Shown: piece by piece, positions 58,368-58,668 of the stretch
Layout of the letters: each line of letters starts with the position of its first letter
Numbering within the stretch: the stretch's first letter is position 1
Source: an uncultured Candidatus Saccharibacteria bacterium
Lineage (GTDB): Bacteria > Patescibacteriota > Minisyncoccia > Minisyncoccales > JAGGXC01
Assembly (NCBI GenBank): GCA_964607015.1
Contig: CAZSHN010000001.1
Span: forward strand, 1 to 58,668
DNA: 58,668 nt
Direction of reading: 5' to 3'
Made by a program: the position numbers and the translations under genes
The notes under the pieces: generated by a model
What the model saw: the letters and a program-made list of their open reading frames with translations, nothing else
Databases searched by the model: none
Told to the model about the DNA's origin: nothing

Positions 58368-58668
58368 TTTCGGAAATAAATTTATGCGCTTTTTCTAAAA
58401 CCTTCTTAGAATTATCGAAAGTTAACTTCTCCAAGGCGTTTCTATAATCAAGCCAAAGATAATCATCATGTTCATGAGAAAGTTCAACTTCTTTTGTTTT
58501 AGTTTCAGCCAAAAGAAAAGTTGCTATTTTCATTATATTTTTTCCTTTCAACTTAAAGAAAAACTTAATCCATTCTTTGAACCCTTCTATAAATTTTACA
58601 TCTTCTATACCGGTTTCCTCTTTAATTTCCCTTCTAGCTGTGTCTTTCAAGCTCTCTCCTTTTTCTAT
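58354..58668 (-). CDS. NUDIX hydrolase, partial (N-terminus beyond the right window edge)
   Basis: The frame stays open to the window end: ..IEKGESLKDTARREIKEETGIEDV is a Nudix box (GE..x7..REl.EEtG). The track Met at 58650 is internal. Confidence 0.75.
   Translation of the reverse strand: MEKGESLKDTARREIKEETGIEDVKFIEGFKEWIKFFFKLKGKNIMKIATFLLAETKTKEVELSHEHDDYLWLDYRNALEKLTFDNSKKVLEKAHKFISENEQL

Noticed and set aside
1-58668. Alternative genetic code (UGA recoding, as in some CPR lineages)
   Set aside because: Long housekeeping ORFs are intact under the standard code. TGA is used as a genuine stop, for example for the HD gene at 7507..7505 and island gene 3 at 35496..35494. There is no sign of in-frame TGA in conserved proteins.
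1-58668. CRISPR arrays, transposases/IS ends, integrases, reverse transcriptase/DGR or retron components, rRNA genes
   Set aside because: I looked for regularly spaced direct repeats and for the characteristic protein motifs in the ORF track and found none. The only repeats found are the 51-nt-period tandem in the acidic ORF and the 39-nt promoter module.

Overview
This 58.7 kb window is AT-rich (about one-third GC by eye) and very densely coded under the standard bacterial code. TGA acts as a stop and all long ORFs are intact. Almost every gene is on the minus strand; the exceptions are pth, topA with tRNA-Leu, and the smpB-ssrA-infC-rpmI-rplT block.

The content is mostly housekeeping:
- six aminoacyl-tRNA synthetases (hisS, leuS, metG, glyQS, ileS, argS)
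- clpB, htrA, ftsA-ftsZ, ybeY, rpsU, lepB, pth, topA, tsaC, glmS, tatD, recO, smpB plus tmRNA, and infC-rpmI-rplT
- a type IV pilin, an MBL-less ComEC, and a GH1/permease/GH-A operon

Small proteins, tight or overlapping gene junctions and this gene mix suggest a reduced-genome, CPR/Patescibacteria-like bacterium. That placement is inference only.

I see no CRISPR array, transposase, integrase, reverse transcriptase or rRNA.

Items most worth a second look:
1. The isoleucyl-tRNA synthetase carries an in-frame insertion of about 200 aa with all hallmark motifs of a histidine-phosphatase (PGAM-like) domain.
2. An overlapping gene pair encodes GGGP/HepGP synthase (PcrB family) and a DGGGP-synthase-like UbiA prenyltransferase. 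This is archaeal-type ether-lipid chemistry. The pair ends a five-gene unit that also holds CofD/YvcK-like, GlmU-like and HAD genes.
3. A 2.3 kb island of five orphan small proteins, two with zinc ribbons, lies between the CofD-like gene and glmS. It has its own promoters and terminators and a duplicated 39-nt promoter/leader module.
4. A leader of about 190 nt behind a consensus promoter precedes a CDP-alcohol phosphatidyltransferase gene. It has a long-range helix and an anti-SD-like CCCUCCUU box.

Smaller oddities:
- an ATP-cone/PD-(D/E)xK nuclease fusion
- a tail-less FtsZ
- a protease paralogue that appears catalytically dead
- a poly-acidic micro-ORF with a perfect tandem repeat
- two genes that appear to need CTG starts
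- two candidate leaderless mRNAs

All family calls come from motif recognition by eye. No database search was run.
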